DNA of 63,091 nt, counting the filler, from Pelomyxa schiedti (taxonomy: Eukaryota > Protista > Evosea), in assembly GCA_020536535.1 (NCBI GenBank). It is 8 parts of 8 records of this genome, joined end to end, with 100 filler letters (N's around TTAATTAATTAA, not from the genome) between each part and the next. Parts side by side here need not be neighbours in the genome. Positions count along the whole stretch, not along the records: positions 1 to 15,130 come from JAHLWZ010001159.1; 7 more parts are not named here. The stretch is one strand, 5' to 3'. Below the pieces are notes generated by a model. It did not search any database and was not told the DNA's origin. It was given only the letters and a program-made list of their open reading frames with translations. The translations under genes and the position numbers were made by a program. Below, one piece after another: positions 1 through 13,402 of this stretch (position 1 is its first letter; each line of letters starts with the position of its first letter).

Positions 1-103
1 AATAGGGACAGGGGTAACGAGAGTGTGGTTTTTGTGTGGGCCCGTAACAATAAGCTAGGCTAATTAACACGACACCAGACCAGGAGATCATAGATCCTAA
101 CCA

Positions 104-207
104 GACCTGGTAGCATAGCGGATAAAAATAGATTCCGCACGCAACAGGTCGTGGGTTCGAACCCGGCGCTCCCCGAAAGGACCAGCTGGTAGTAGGAATT
201 TTTTTTT
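104..207 (+). other. tRNA-derived Pol III promoter element (SINE-head-like or tRNA pseudogene)
   Basis: A-box TAGCATAGCGG (111-121) and B-box GGTTCGAACCC (154-164) at tRNA-like spacing, with a T-run at about 199-207. Acceptor and anticodon stems do not pair, so this is not a real tRNA. Confidence 0.45.
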
Positions 208-251
208 CCTCTTCCAAGGCCATGCACACGCAGCTTGTGTGTGTTACAGGG

Positions 252-290
<39 letters not shown>

Positions 291-834
291 TTGCATACCA
301 GCATGACCATATGACACCAGTCAAAGGCTAGCAGCAGGGAATAAATTCCCGTGCAGCATTGTGTGTGCATGGCCTTGCGTGGTGCTTATGCCACACTACT
401 CTTCCCTTTGTAACCAACCCCACAACAAACCTCTTGGAGCCCAGAGCTCATGCTCACATACATGTATTATTATTTGAGCTGAGCTGGCTCCAGGTTGGGT
501 GGACCCATTTGTTGTGGCTGTCAAGGATGTGCAGCCAGGCAAATTTGGCTGACAAAGGCTACCAGGGGGCCAGAGAGTTGGTTACACCATACAAGGCTCG
601 CTCCTTGGCCATTTGCATGGTGACCTTGGAAGTCGCACTTAAAACCAACCTCTCCATAGACATCTTTTTTTATTGGGGTGTGTTCCAGGACCCAGTCGGG
701 TTCTCTTTCAGGTTCAATTGTGTGCCATGTGTTGCATGCTCCCCAGGATTTCCTCCTGAGGGAGAAGCTTCCAGGCAGCGCCAGTGAAATCATCCCTGTA
801 CGGGAAGCGTTTTCATGACAAAGAAAGAGGTGTG

Positions 835-2847
835 ATGGCAGGCATACAGGCTGTGGGATCTGGGTACGACCGGCCGGAGGCTGTGATGCCGGTCGACGTA
901 CAGAGTTCGGCTTTGTTGTCGTGGCTTACGGACAGAGATTTGTTGCCGACACAGCTGCAGCAAGTGCGCTCGAACCACCTCGAGAAGGCGCGAAAGATGG
1001 CAGCCGACGCCGCGACAAAGTGGTCGCCGACGAACGCGCTGGTGGCGAAAGCGGTGGCCGACGCGGGCCCCGGCGGCGTTTTAATGTGGCCTCATTGCAT
1101 ATCATTGTGGGAGTCTCTGCTGCAGGTTCCCTTCATTACAATATATTCTAGGTGTTACTATGAAGAGTGGGGGTTTTTTTTTTGTTGCTGCTGTTGTTCT
1201 GTTGACGTTCCAAGCTAAAATTGCTTGTATTTTTTTTTTTTTTTTTTTTTTTTTGTTTCTACTTAATTGCTGCAACCACAAAAACTCTCAAGACAGAATC
1301 GACGGCAAAAACTTTCTTTGGGAAATACTCGAACCCCATTTTGGCCGAGTGGAACGACGTAATAACGGCGTACCAACAAAAAGGTGCTCACTTATTAGAG
1401 CTCGCTGACGAATTGGTTTCTATCACCAAGTTTGTGACTAGCATGACTTACCTTTATTGTCACTAATTGGCGTTGAGGTACGATGTACCAGCAATGAGAA
1501 AAGAGATCTCTGTTCTTCAAAAAGAAGCTTCTCATTTTCAAGAATTGTCTAATCAATCCAAAGCCAATGCAAACAAGCATAGGTCAATTCTAAATTTCAT
1601 ACAATACAATGGCACTTATAGATGTTCCAGACAGCAGTACAAACAACTTTGTTCACGATACCGAATAGAAGGCAAGAACGTCAGAAAAGAGCTGAAAAGC
1701 ATGCCCCTTGAGCTCTCTGGTTTTTCCTCTATGTAGAGAAGCAAAATAAAACTAATTCCATCAGAGATCTTTGCCAAATTCACTCGTATCATTCAAGGAA
1801 CTGAAAAATCCAAAAAAATAGAACAAGCTATTTCCTACTACCAATCGTATGGCTCCTTTTCTTCAACATAATTGTACCACAATGTAGGTTCAGCGCCTTG
1901 ACGAATCCCAGTGGCACCAGAGAAGATGACCTTCCACTCCTCTCACATATATTGAAGTACGGAAATGAAACCTTCAAAAGTAAAAGAGAGCGGGAATCAC
2001 CTGCTACTGCAATTGAACCCAATTCTGCAATTACTCCAAACTTAGCCACCAACCCGGCGGATGTTGAACCAGTTCCCGCTCTCACCACAGCCATGACTAC
2101 AAGTACAAGCTCGACTACGAGCACTTCTGCCCCTAGTATAAGCATTGATTGGTCTTGCCTTGAAGTGCCTGATGAGGGACTAACTCCAGCTGAGCTGTCG
2201 TTAGACCTCGAAGACACCAGCCCTTCCAATTTCGAGATCGAAGTTGTTGAGAGTGATACTGAACTCTCCTCTGCCACAGAAGGCAACCAAACAAAGTTTC
2301 AAGGAAAGGATGATGAAACCCTTCTGATGAACTCCAGTTTCCGGAATGCCTTGCTTTGTGAATTGGAGGAGCTTTGTGAGTTCCTGCTGATCAGAAAGCG
2401 TGATATTGGTGTCCAGTCGCACTCAAGCAACCTACTCGAAATGGTTCCAAAGGACCTACCTAGTAACACTGTTTCAGGTACCCTTTCTTCTCTCCAGAAA
2501 ACACAGGAATTAACAACTTCACAGACATCAGCAAGTTTACTGATTGCGTGAAAGAGGCTCTCGACTTTATCCAATCGCCGCGCGTGTATGAGCTTCTTCA
2601 GCTGTGGGAGTCACCAAACTACGTTGAGAGGATAGCCTGCCAATTCGACACGCTCACATCGCAGGCACTCACCTGTGACAATACAGCCAAGTCACTCACC
2701 ACCAAGTCCGAGTCCACGCGGAAACAGGCCGAGGCAGTTGAGTCCAAGGCCAGGGAATCCCTGGGCCACGCCAAGCACTTGGCCGGACACATGCAGAAGG
2801 CACTCGAAAGTATGTTACACAGGCAAGTGACTGTGCTTGTTGGCTGA
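835..2847 (+). CDS. CDK5RAP3: CDK5 regulatory subunit-associated protein 3 (C53), UFMylation/ER-phagy adaptor; multi-exon
   Basis: Spliced peptides PVDVQSSALLSWLTDR, TESTAKTFFGKYSNPILAEWNDVITAYQQKGAHLLELA, YDVPAMRKEI, YRIEGKNVRKEL, FRNALLCELEELCEFL and SPNYVERIA match C53 motifs. The acidic linker carries an IDW motif. Confidence 0.9.
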
Positions 2848-2948
2848 TAAAATGACAAGTTCGGTTCGTGGCACTGTTACTTGGCAATAGAACACACTTT
2901 TCCAAACGCCAAATTTTATTGGGAAGGCAACAAGGTCCTTTTGGTGTT

Positions 2949-5900
2949 TCAGGGAGTCATGTTACAAGGCGGGTGTCTTTGTGTGAATAGCCTGCTGTCC
3001 TCCAGTTTCCATTGCAAGTGGTGAGTGAACCTAGAGGAGTTTAGTTGGGCAAGTGGTTAGTAGGCAGTGTAACCTTCTCTTCTCCTCTTGTTCATATCTG
3101 TAATGTTCTAGGTTGCACATCCGTGATACATAGGGAACAATTTCCGCAGATAGAGCGCCCAGACTGTTGCATGTTTTTGTTTGCAGAAGAGCTGTATCCT
3201 CCCTAGTAAGTCTGGTTTAGATTTTTCTTAAGGAAGCGGCCCAAAAAAGGAGAGGGTTTGATTTTTGGAGCGCAAAATACCTCATCCTTGTGGCTGTGGT
3301 AAATTCTGCGGCATCATAGTCACTTTCAATAGACCAGTCGCATAAACCGTCAAGGCATGCACTTTCACACACACAGTGGAGCGCCGATATTTCAACCATA
3401 GAAGCCAAATCGTGAAGGCACTGTGCAGAATTTGTTGTGGTGGCCTGGCCTTTGTGATTGATCCAATCCGCTATTGAAATGGCATCAGACATGATTGCAA
3501 GTGCCGCAAGGTTCTTTGTTTTTGCCGGCAAGTCAAGCTGATTTTGCGGGCTAATATTGTCTACGATGGCCAAGTAGTTGTCTCCACAGACGTTAATGCC
3601 GCTGGAGTGTAATTGTGACATAGCAAAAGTTGCACATTGAGATGCTACAGGGGAATTATCACAGCCACAGAGTAAAGGAAACAGGGGAATCCCACAGAGT
3701 AATGAAGAAATTCCCATGAAACGCTCTCTTAGGACATACGTTGCTGGAAGTGGACCAGTCTGTTTTCAGTGAATTTACAACTAGGATTATTTTATATACC
3801 TCTCCAGCAAGCCAAAATTGCAGGTTATTAAGAAAGGAGCGGATATCGGGATAGATAATTCTGCACAACTCTTCCAGGTGTAGTTCAGTAACACTGTGCA
3901 CAATTTCAGTGATGCGCTTATAGTCATCATCAAACTCCTGGGATAGCATCTCAGAGGCCCTTCGCCGGAGAGGGGTTTTTGTGGGTTTACTGGTCTTCTT
4001 GCCTTTTTTTTGCTTTTTCATTGTGTCTCTTTCCTGGGAGGAGGTGCCATCGCACCTCATTAAAGTTTTTTCCCAGCTCAAACCACCAGGAGGCACTGGA
4101 AAAGTGCAAGACAGTACGGCTGAGAGGATGATAGGCTTCATGTATTGAGCCAGATCTTTTGTAGTCAATGGTGCGAATTGAACACACTTGGAGTTGGTGG
4201 AGAGGGCTTTCAGTTCGGTTGTTAGCTCTGAAAGAGGAATAAGATTATGAGAAAATACGGAATATAATGCAACCATTGCATGTAATAAGGATTGGTGATT
4301 TAGTGTGACAACTCAGGGAACCGAGTGTCCTATAAAACCCACGTTCATCAGAGAAATAAATATCTTTAAAGGTCAAATGCTAATCAGGTGGATGACAAAC
4401 AAACCAGCTTCGTCAAAAAGAATAACAGAAGGGGATGTTGTTGATACCACTTCCTGCTATAAATAATATTAAGTCAAGATTTAGAAGGAACTAGCATGCC
4501 TGATCTGTGTCTAAAGGAAACGAAGTGGGAAGTTTTGGAATCACAAAAAGAATTGAATAAGGAACCTGTGGAAAGGCGTTTGGAGCGGGTTGCTTCTTTT
4601 AAAGCCGAGTTGAGATATGTCCCACATCTTCTGATAGAAGTATTAACCTCTATGACTTTCATTTCCAACTGGCTCAGATTAAGATCAAAAAGGAAATAAT
4701 GTGCTAACCTCATTTGCACAGGCGAAAACAGCAGCTGTCTTTCCACAACAGCCAGGACCGTGAACTATCATCAAAGAGGTTGTTTCGTTCTCTTTTTGTT
4801 TCGATTTTTTTTTCTGACATCCTTCAGAGAGAAAAAAATTTCTAAATGCATACAGAGGAATTGCCATCAACCCAAGATTCCAACCAGGTAACAATTTCAT
4901 TGATTTTTTCAAGATTGGAACATATTTGAGATGGTAACTCAGGTTTATAGGATTCCACCCAGAGCATGTAGGGGTTCTTCACACTGAGGGAAGTTAAATG
5001 TCTTTAAAATGGAAATCTGTTACAGACTGGGTTTGAATGAGAGATTTGATGCTCGTGGGAGAGGTTTCCATTTTGGTTAAATTTTCAAGTACACTCTTCA
5101 TGGAGCCACTGGTGATATGTAAAATTCGAATTTTAGCAACTTTTTACCATACCTCGAAATGCGGGGCTTATATGTAGGAATTTGACAGTTATTGGGACTT
5201 ACTACAGGAGAAGAAAATATCTGTATATGGTACGTCTTTGCATCAATGTGGAAACATCGGCCCTATACCTTTATAGAGCTCGAGAGGAGCGATTCCAGTG
5301 GTCTCAACTTAAGGCATTTCTTTGGTCAAGTGAGATTTCCTGTCTTAAGGAAATGTGATTCAATAGACCTTAGCAAGGACGAAAGAGACTTTTTGTGTGG
5401 TATTGTGCACGTGCTTGAAGTACGGAAAATCTGGAAGATCACGAACACATCCATCTGACTGGGTGCCACCATCTCTCTAAAGGGAAAAATCACTCAGCAA
5501 GTACAGTGAAACAGAGAAGGGGGTACTTTGCAGTCAGTAGGAACTGAACTGTTGCTATTGATATCAGCTATGTGAGCACGACGAGGTGTAAAAAATGGAT
5601 GCATAGGAATGGGAGGCTGAAGTGCAACTGCAGTAGCAGGATCTTTGACTTCTCTTTGTGCAAACGAAAGTTTTGTTTGTCTAACTTTATGTGCAAGTTC
5701 ATCAATTGCATCTCCTATTCTCCCCCGTTTTGCTGGTGGTGGTGTTGGGGACTCCTCTGTTTTTTCCACAGATTTCTTAGTGGGTGGTGTATTTGGGGGA
5801 GTCATGTCCAGTGTGACAGAGAGCGATGCAGGGGGATCAATGTGAGGTGAGGGGGGAACTGCCAATGAAAGTTCTTTTGATGACTTTATGCCACGTCTAG

Positions 5901-6767
5901 CAAAATTTGACAAAGTTCTTTGAATAATTCTATGGGCGTCATTGTTCTCCTCAGTTTCTGTGCCTCGGTGAGATGCCGTCCCAGCTTTAGTACTAGTTGG
6001 TTTCGTGCTTTTGCCCCCACAACACAGATTTGTGTCAATGTTTGGATTTGATTTGGCTACTTCAATCTTCACAATTTGATCAGTTGTGTTGTTCTGCTTG
6101 ATGGCAGGTTTCTCATTCGGAGTGTCCTTGCTGTGCTTGACTTTATCCTCTGCATTGGCGACGACGACAAAAGGCAGAGTGCGAACCTTTGGCTTTGATA
6201 CCATTTCTCCACCACGGTCAAGATTCTGCAGAGAGTGTGGAAAAAATAATAATCACCTATCAGGAAATCAAATAAACAATGTACCATGTAATTCACAGCC
6301 CTCCGTTGCCTCGTAGACCTCCTCAGTTGAGGAGGGCTGGGTGCCTTGACCACGTGAGGGGGGCTCTTCTCGCCAGAAGCAACAGCAACTTTGACGACAG
6401 GAACTGCTGCAGCTGAAGCAGAAACTTCGCGCTTTTTGCCAGCAGATGAAGTGGTTGTTTTCAGCGGTAGAATTACTTCGTCCTCATCTTTCTTGTCCTT
6501 GTCCTTGTGCTTTCTTTTCGCTTTTTGTGGTTTCTTCTCTTCGCTTTGTGCTTTGACTTTGGCATTGGCTTTGGATTTGGCGTCCTCCCCCCCTCCTCCT
6601 CCTCCTTGCATAAAAAAAGACGTGTCCGAGTCGGAAGACGAAGAATCGGAAAGATCGTCGGAAGAGGGATCGCTATCGTCTGGCGTCGAGGAGGACACGT
6701 CATTCTCGGGGGTCGCGACATTGGGGGGTGTCGCCAACAGCGACTTTTTCTTCAGGAACCGTATCAT
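2949..6767 (-). CDS. ATAD5: ATAD5/Elg1 RFC-like AAA+ PCNA unloader; multi-exon
   Basis: LWVESYKP, Walker A HGPGCCGKTAAVFACANE, KVIEVNTSIRRCG..LKEATRS, Walker B ILFDEA, DIRSFLNNLQFW and C-terminal RFTHHL, after a long low-complexity N-terminus. Ends are approximate. Confidence 0.85.
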
Positions 6768-6973
6768 CTCGGCGCCTCTTTTTGTCCCTTGTCTTTGAAG
6801 GATTTTTTTCCCCGAACAAATGGGGAGATCTGCCGCGACTGAGGATGTGTCAGGCTCTCTAGAAAGGACATGTACTGCTCCGCAGCTCCTCTCCTCTCTT
6901 TGGCTCAGGGGCAATTCTGATTACACTCCCATCTCAAGGAAAAGCAAATTGCAAAGAAGAAAAAAAAAAGGCG

Positions 6974-8825
6974 ATGGACTATGGTAGCTCGTGGTACTAT
7001 CCACAAGGGTGTGTAAAACACAACAAAACGAAAGCCACCCAATGTGTCATTTATTCACTTTTTTTAATAAAAAAAAAGATATGCATACACGGGATACCCG
7101 CCTACGGGATCTACGCCGGTAATGAGGCTGTACCCCATGGTCTCAGCCACGTCAATGACTGGAAACCAAGGCGCGTCGCCAACGTCATCTGCCGTAACAC
7201 AAACAACATCGTCATCTCAAGGCGGCGGGCCGGGGATGCCCACGCCGTACGACACACAAATGCTCGCGGAGGCGGCGGCGGCCGCAGTTGCGCGGGGCGG
7301 CGCGGGCCCCGGCGACGGGGAGGAGGACGAGACGCCGGCGGAGGATAAGAGAAGCGCGAGGCTGGAGACTTGGGGAAACTCCCAGACAATGAACCTCGAG
7401 AACATTCTCATTACCAACATCCACGCATCGGAATATTTCAAGGATTTACTGTACGTTTGTTTGCTTTTATTATCTGAAAGTTGTAGCACGCACCACAAAA
7501 CACATGCACGTTTTCTTTCCTTTCTGGTTCGTATCAAACAATGACCCACGAAAACCATCCCCTCAAAAAACTTCTTTACTTATTATCTTAAGGAGGTTGA
7601 AAACATGGTCTGAAGTTATCTCCGAAATACAGAAGGAGGTTTCATTTATAGGTAATAATGGGTAAACTTCACATCCATTTTTCACAAATGAAGCGAAGAG
7701 AACTAAACACCACCACATTGTACCTGTTCCACTCGTTAAAAACTTTATGCAATAAATCAAGTAAATCCTGAGGGGAAAAAATGCTAACTCACAGGGCACC
7801 CCTATGCTCTGGGGTATGAACGAATGCCTTGTGTTTTTTATTGAACCCACCCTCCTAGCATACCCACACTCACATATGTTTGTTCTTGTTCTCTTTTGCT
7901 TCACTTGTTCCAGGGAACACACTCTCACCTTTTTCAACAAATGCAGGACCATGGTTACCTGTTGCTCGAAAGACACCCTCTTCAGCATTTTGTTTACTGT
8001 ACAAACTATTCACACTAAAACTCACTGTAAAGCAGATCGACAACATGCTTCGACACAAAAACGTGTATGAGCTTTCAAACATAACCCCTTTAACAACGTA
8101 CAGATATGTGAGAGGTTTAGCATTGTTGTATTTGCGGCTGTGCACTCCACCAAAACGATTGTGGGAGTGGTTTGTTGACTTCTTTGAGGACGTGTCAGAA
8201 ATTGTTTACCATCCTCACGAACCACCAGCGTATGAAAACTTGATACTTTTCACAATTTAAATGTCCTAGGCTTCTTGGCAAAATGGCACGTGATCTCATC
8301 CGAGAAATGAAATTCTGCGAGACAATTCTCCCAAGAATACCTGTTCCTGTGCACAGACAGCTTATTAAACAGCTGGATGATTACGAAAAAGACCATCCCA
8401 CTGTCGGGGGTGAAGAAGAGGAAGTAGAAGCCAGTACTTCAAAGCGCGAAATCGACCGAGAGCGTTCACCCCATAGGCATTCACACAGTAGGTCCCGTAG
8501 TACATCACGACATAGGGATCATCATCACCATACCCACCACAGAGATCACAGTAGAGAGCATAGAGATCACAGGGATAGAGATCGGGACAGGGACCGCTAC
8601 AGAGACAGAAGTGACAGGGACAGGGAGAGGGATAGGGATAGAGACAGAGACAGAGATAGAGATAGGCAACGAGACAGAGAGACCCGAGATAGGGATAGAG
8701 ATAGGGACAGGGACATTACAAGAGACAGAGACCGAGACAGGGATACTACCAGAGACAGAGACCGCGAAAGTGATAGGACGGCCGCTCGTGCACGCAGTGC
8801 CTCCCCTGTGTATGTACCTCCATAA
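6974..8825 (+). CDS. PRPF38B: Pre-mRNA splicing factor 38B with an RD/RS-rich tail; multi-exon
   Basis: WGNSQTMNLENILITNIHASEYFK, LKTWSEVISEIQKEVSFIGPW, PSSAFCLLYKLFTLKLTVKQI, YVRGLALLYLR and LPRIPVPV, followed by an Arg-Asp repeat tail. Exon 1 (6974-7008) splices in frame to 7079. Confidence 0.92.
8520..8780 (+). repeat. Coding RD dipeptide repeat (AGAGAC/AGGGAT-type hexamers) in PRPF38B
   Basis: Translates as RDRDRDRD... in the PRPF38B frame. Confidence 0.85.
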
Positions 8826-9135
8826 CATCCTTCAACTGATTTGTACAAGTAAGGAACCTGTTGTTCCTTCTGGTATCAGCAAAGCAATCCGACAACAGTA
8901 CACTTTGGACACAACAACACCTGTGTGTTTTTTCTGCTTATTTGCCACTTTCCTGACCATTCACAGGCTGACTTCCATAAACTTGCCAAAAGGGATAGTT
9001 TACAAGAGGACACGATTGTCATTGGAGGAAGGAAACAGTAGTGTGTTGCGGGAAAGAATAAAAAAGTGGAAACTTCGTTGTTTTGTATTTTCCTGTCATT
9101 CTTTTAGAGCCAAGGAACTCTCCCCAGGCACTTCA

Positions 9136-10902
9136 TCACTTTATTTTGGCCCTTACAGCAGGTACACAGTCTTTTTTGGACTTGTTCTGGTTTTGTTTCA
9201 TCACTGTAGAATGCAGCAATGATTTCGTCTGCAAACAACATAACGAAGCCTCCACTTATAATTATGACACCTAGAAAAGATACTGCTGGTAAAGTGTAGT
9301 CGTGTATCAGTGCGTCTGCAACAACGGAGGTAGGAACACTAGGAAAAGAATAGGTACAAATACAGGCCGAGAAAGATGTACCAAAAAAGTGGGCCCATTG
9401 TCATGAATAACGGAGATGATAGTACAATGCCTGAGATAGTGAAACTGTACACGTGTTAACTAAGGCTGTAGTGAAGGAAAACGCACCAAGAGAACGCGAG
9501 AAAAGAAACCTCACTGGCAAGTAACTGGTATATAACGTCGGTACTGGGAACTACAAACTCTTCCCAACCTAAAGCATCCAATATCTGAGGAAATATGAGG
9601 CAAATGCAAGTGAAAAGTGTCCTACTGGTATTCCAACCCACATCGTAAAACAATTGCACAGTCCAACTTCAAGGTGGTTAGTTAGCTCCCAGTACCAAGG
9701 TAAAGTGGGAGTGGATACCAAGTCCAAGGTACAAAAAGGACAGGAAGAAAATTCTTTCCAACGAGTGATCAGAGTATGTTGCAGGGTCATTACCAAATCT
9801 CTTGAATCCAACTTGGTAGAATCCCCATAGTAACGAACTTGTGATTACAAAGGCATATCCGACAGCAGTGTCAACTCCAGAATTCTCGGATGCTGCAAAT
9901 ATGAGACATATTTGAGCCATAAAGGAAAGTTTTACCAGTAACGGCTACTAGAGCGGCACCCCCAATGCCTATACTGACAGCAAACAGTTTTGTTAGCGTA
10001 AACCGCTCTTTGATGAGGATCACGGACTATAGAATGTTATGAGAAATCCTCACGCAATATGGATGTCAACCAATATGTAAACAAACATGCTTGAAATATT
10101 GTTTACTAACAGAATGTTAATGGTGAAGAGAAGTGGTGATTTTACTACACCTGCCACATTTCCACTTACACTGGTCTTCGGGAGGCTGAGATACCAGGTG
10201 TAGTCAACAAAGAAATACACAAAACTCAAAGCTAAAGCCAGAACAAAGTATCGCTTGAAAGAGAACGCATCTTTTACAGGTGGAAGCTTTCTCCCACGAA
10301 ATATATACCAAATCCCCCACACAGGGGCGTTTAGAATAAGGCCAGTGTGAACGCAATATGTCCTACAAAGCGCATTTAGACAACAACCTGGGGACAAACC
10401 CAACGACCTGCACACATGAAGTAAGGTTTCTCGTAGTCCGTATCAGTTTGCACAAATTGGACAACTTCCGCACCTGCCACCCATGACACTGTGCAAATGT
10501 TGGTATAAAAATGAGAGTTTAAAAAATGGAAAGGAGTGCAACCAGCACTGGAAGGAAAGGGAAAAAAAAAAAAAACGCACCAACAACCCCAAACAGGCAA
10601 ATTGAGGCCAAGGTCCACCTGATGATTTTCTTGGCGTTGCAGGAAGCACAGTGCCTGGGCTTTTTCCGCTCCGAGGGCACCAACGGCTCCTCGTCTCTGC
10701 ATTCAGAGTTGGTGCACGAATCAGCGGGATCCACGACGACGACGCCGCCAGCGTCGCTTACAACGGCTTCAGCAGGAGGCATAGCGTGCAACGGAAAAAC
10801 GCCTTCCCCTTCGTGCCCCCCTTCGTGTCGTAGCTCGGGCTCTGCGAGTGACGTGGATCCATAAGCAAGCTGTTGCGCGTCTTGCCCACCAGAGTACGCC
10901 AT
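9136..10902 (-). CDS. EamA/DMT-superfamily transporter, SLC35F-like; multi-exon
   Basis: VSWVAGAEVVQFVQTDTDYEKPYFM, YFFVDYTWYLSLPKTSVS, LLWGFYQVGFKRF and VPTSVVADALIH, with many hydrophobic segments. Confidence 0.8.
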
Positions 10903-11172
10903 TGATCTCGTTGTGCGATCTAACAATAGGGGTTGTGGTTCCTCGAAGATCGCCTTTCATCAAAGATTCTCTTGGGGTCTTGGTGGGTTTGTACGCAACC
11001 TTCGTTACTTATTTCTCTCAATGATCACGGGATAGTGTTAGGGGAATAGGTCCGGGAACAAGAACTACCAGCATCCAACAAAACCTATATGAAGAGAGAA
11101 GAAACTGCATTCTTATTCAACTGGGATTATGAGGAGGTTGTATGTCCCATCCGGTAGAAACATGTGTGGTGT

Positions 11173-12703
11173 TCATAGTCCATCTTGCCAGTTCTGGAGA
11201 AGTTAGGAAACAACGACTAGAAGAGGAATTAGCACACTGCGTGATCTAATGTTTCAAAAGACTTATTGAGCTCAGCGATGTTAAGGAGGTATTGAGCTAG
11301 TTTTGGCAACACAGCATCGCTTCTTCCATCGGTGAATGCATGTTTGAACGGCGGTATTTTAAGCCCCTAATTGTATGTTCGTTAGTGGCAGGAAAGGCAA
11401 TATGGCTGTTGATACATTCTTTGGAGCCATAACAAAATTTCTACCCAAGTCATCAACCTGAGGAGGAGGCTCACACGAAGAAAAAAGAATGGAAGTAAAT
11501 TACAAGCAAGGAGTTTTGTGCAGTATAGACACCCGGATATTTCCCCCATATCACTAGCACCATTAGATTGCGGCAGTGTTAAAAAAGAAGAACCTTGCAA
11601 AGGTTTAGTGTTGGTTACGCCATGCCTTTCAGTGACAACAGTAATCATTGCACCATAATCAAAATCTTTCCATATGGTAAGCTATAAACTGTAAAAAGGT
11701 GTGCTGCATACAGGCTGTTATTTTATAATTTGGATTTCGGTCAACGCCAAGTTCTTTCATTTTAAGTTCAATCCAATCCATTCCTAGGTTGTTTTATTGT
11801 TGCGCAGTGCTTTTGACAAAGGACCTGTGGCACTCCAAATCATTATGTCATAAGTTGGATAAACTGCTGTCTTAATTGATCATTTTCAGTGGCACGGGAC
11901 AATTATGGGTATTACTAAAAACTCATGAAGGAAAGGACGCATTAATTGTATAGTGCGCTCAGCAGGGCTGCGGTGGTCAAATAAGGTGTAATCCTAAGTG
12001 ATGTTTGCATGTGGTATTGTATCGACAGTTGTCATATCAAATTTTTGTGGGGTTGGAAGCTCACCACGTCAAGCACAAGGAGTTTCTTGTTTTCGCGGGG
12101 TGCATTGATCACTTTTTGTTGATACTAGTAAAGAATAAATTATCACAAATAGTAAGAAAATATATGCACAGTAGCTATTCTTTGTTGGATTTTGGCTAGG
12201 TTATCTCTGTTCTCAGTGACAGAGACTGCAACTTCCCCAATAATGTTATCAAAGTCATCGATAATCTGGTTAATCTCAGTGAGAGTTATGAAACACTTAT
12301 ACCTCATCTTGGAACTTAGTTGCCAATAACTCTTCAATTGCTTTTTCTGGGGTACCTAATGCAGGTGAGAAGACTCGGCGTAGGAAATGTACATACCCAT
12401 CATGGATATTTGAGGTGGAAGCTCGATAGAAGAGAGCAGTGCCTCGTCAGGGGCAAACCCAGTCTTACCCCTGACCTTCACGTTCAGTAATTTCTGCCTC
12501 TAGAAGAACAAGAAGTTGGTCTTTGCTACAACTACGAACGCATTCGAAGATCGTACCGAGGGCAGGACGTTCGTAGCCAACGAGATAACACGTTTCAAGT
12601 CGGCGACAGTAGCAACAGCACCCTCTGGTGGATACGCCACGTGATACTCCTTCCCACTCCACTTGACCAACAGAACCCTACCACCGTCGTTTGCTGCCGC
12701 CAT
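11173..12703 (-). CDS. UBLCP1: Ubiquitin-like domain-containing CTD phosphatase 1; multi-exon
   Basis: N-terminal UBL ([25 protein letters not shown]), then [57 protein letters not shown] and [10 protein letters not shown]. Confidence 0.9.
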
Positions 12704-12896
12704 CGGATTATTTACAGTTATGAGATCTCTGTACCCAGTTCAAGATGTCGGAGTATAGGGTCCACATGAGTGGCATGCCCGCAGGGGAGTGCTGCCAAAG
12801 TGTTTTTAAGGAGAGGATGGCCACACGATTCAGGAGGACCGCTCTCTTCAGATCTGCCGCCAATTTCATTTTTCCCAACTAATAAAAACAACGAAG

Positions 12897-13223
12897 ATGC
12901 CGCGTGAGGCAGCTGTTGTGGGAGGCAAACTCAAACTCAAGGGTGCGCCGTTGCCAACAGGGGGCCATCGTAAGAAGAAGAAGTCGACAAAGGGGAAGGT
13001 CAAGATGGCCGCTATTGCGGAGGATCTCAGACCCACCGACGCCATCGTTCCCGCGACGCCCACAAAGGCCGAGATCGAGTTCCGCGCTCTGCAGGCATCA
13101 AAAGAGAAACTTTTGGTCAAGAAGATGGCAGAGAAAACTCACAGGGAAAAGATCGAGGAGTACAACAAGAAACTGGCCAACCTCTCCGAGCACTACGACG
13201 TGCCAAAAGTCGGCCCTGGCTAA
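12897..13223 (+). CDS. FAM32A: FAM32A-like small nuclear protein; intronless
   Basis: GGKLKLKG, TKAEIEF and KTHREKIEEYNKKLANLSEHYDVPKVGPG. Confidence 0.9.
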   Translation: MPREAAVVGGKLKLKGAPLPTGGHRKKKKSTKGKVKMAAIAEDLRPTDAIVPATPTKAEIEFRALQASKEKLLVKKMAEKTHREKIEEYNKKLANLSEHYDVPKVGPG

Positions 13224-13402
13224 TTTCCTTCATGTGGCGCTACTTTTTCGTTGTGCACTTTACAAACCACTGTGGCACTTGGCAAACAACATCAAGCCAA
13301 TCAAAAAACCGAAACACCAACATTAAGGGTCAAAACCCAAACTCACACAAAGACACTGGTAAATAAAAAAGAAAAAGAGGAAATTTGTTTGTATGCTTTT
13401 TT

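Noticed and set aside
2500-2560. Frameshift or stop read-through in CDK5RAP3, or an alternative genetic code
   Set aside because: Explained by an ordinary GT-AG intron (about 2463-2524). The genes examined read with the standard code once introns are removed.
8505-8848. SLSLSL antisense ORFs or a CRISPR-like array
   Set aside because: This is the reverse strand of the RD-repeat coding region and has no repeat-spacer structure.
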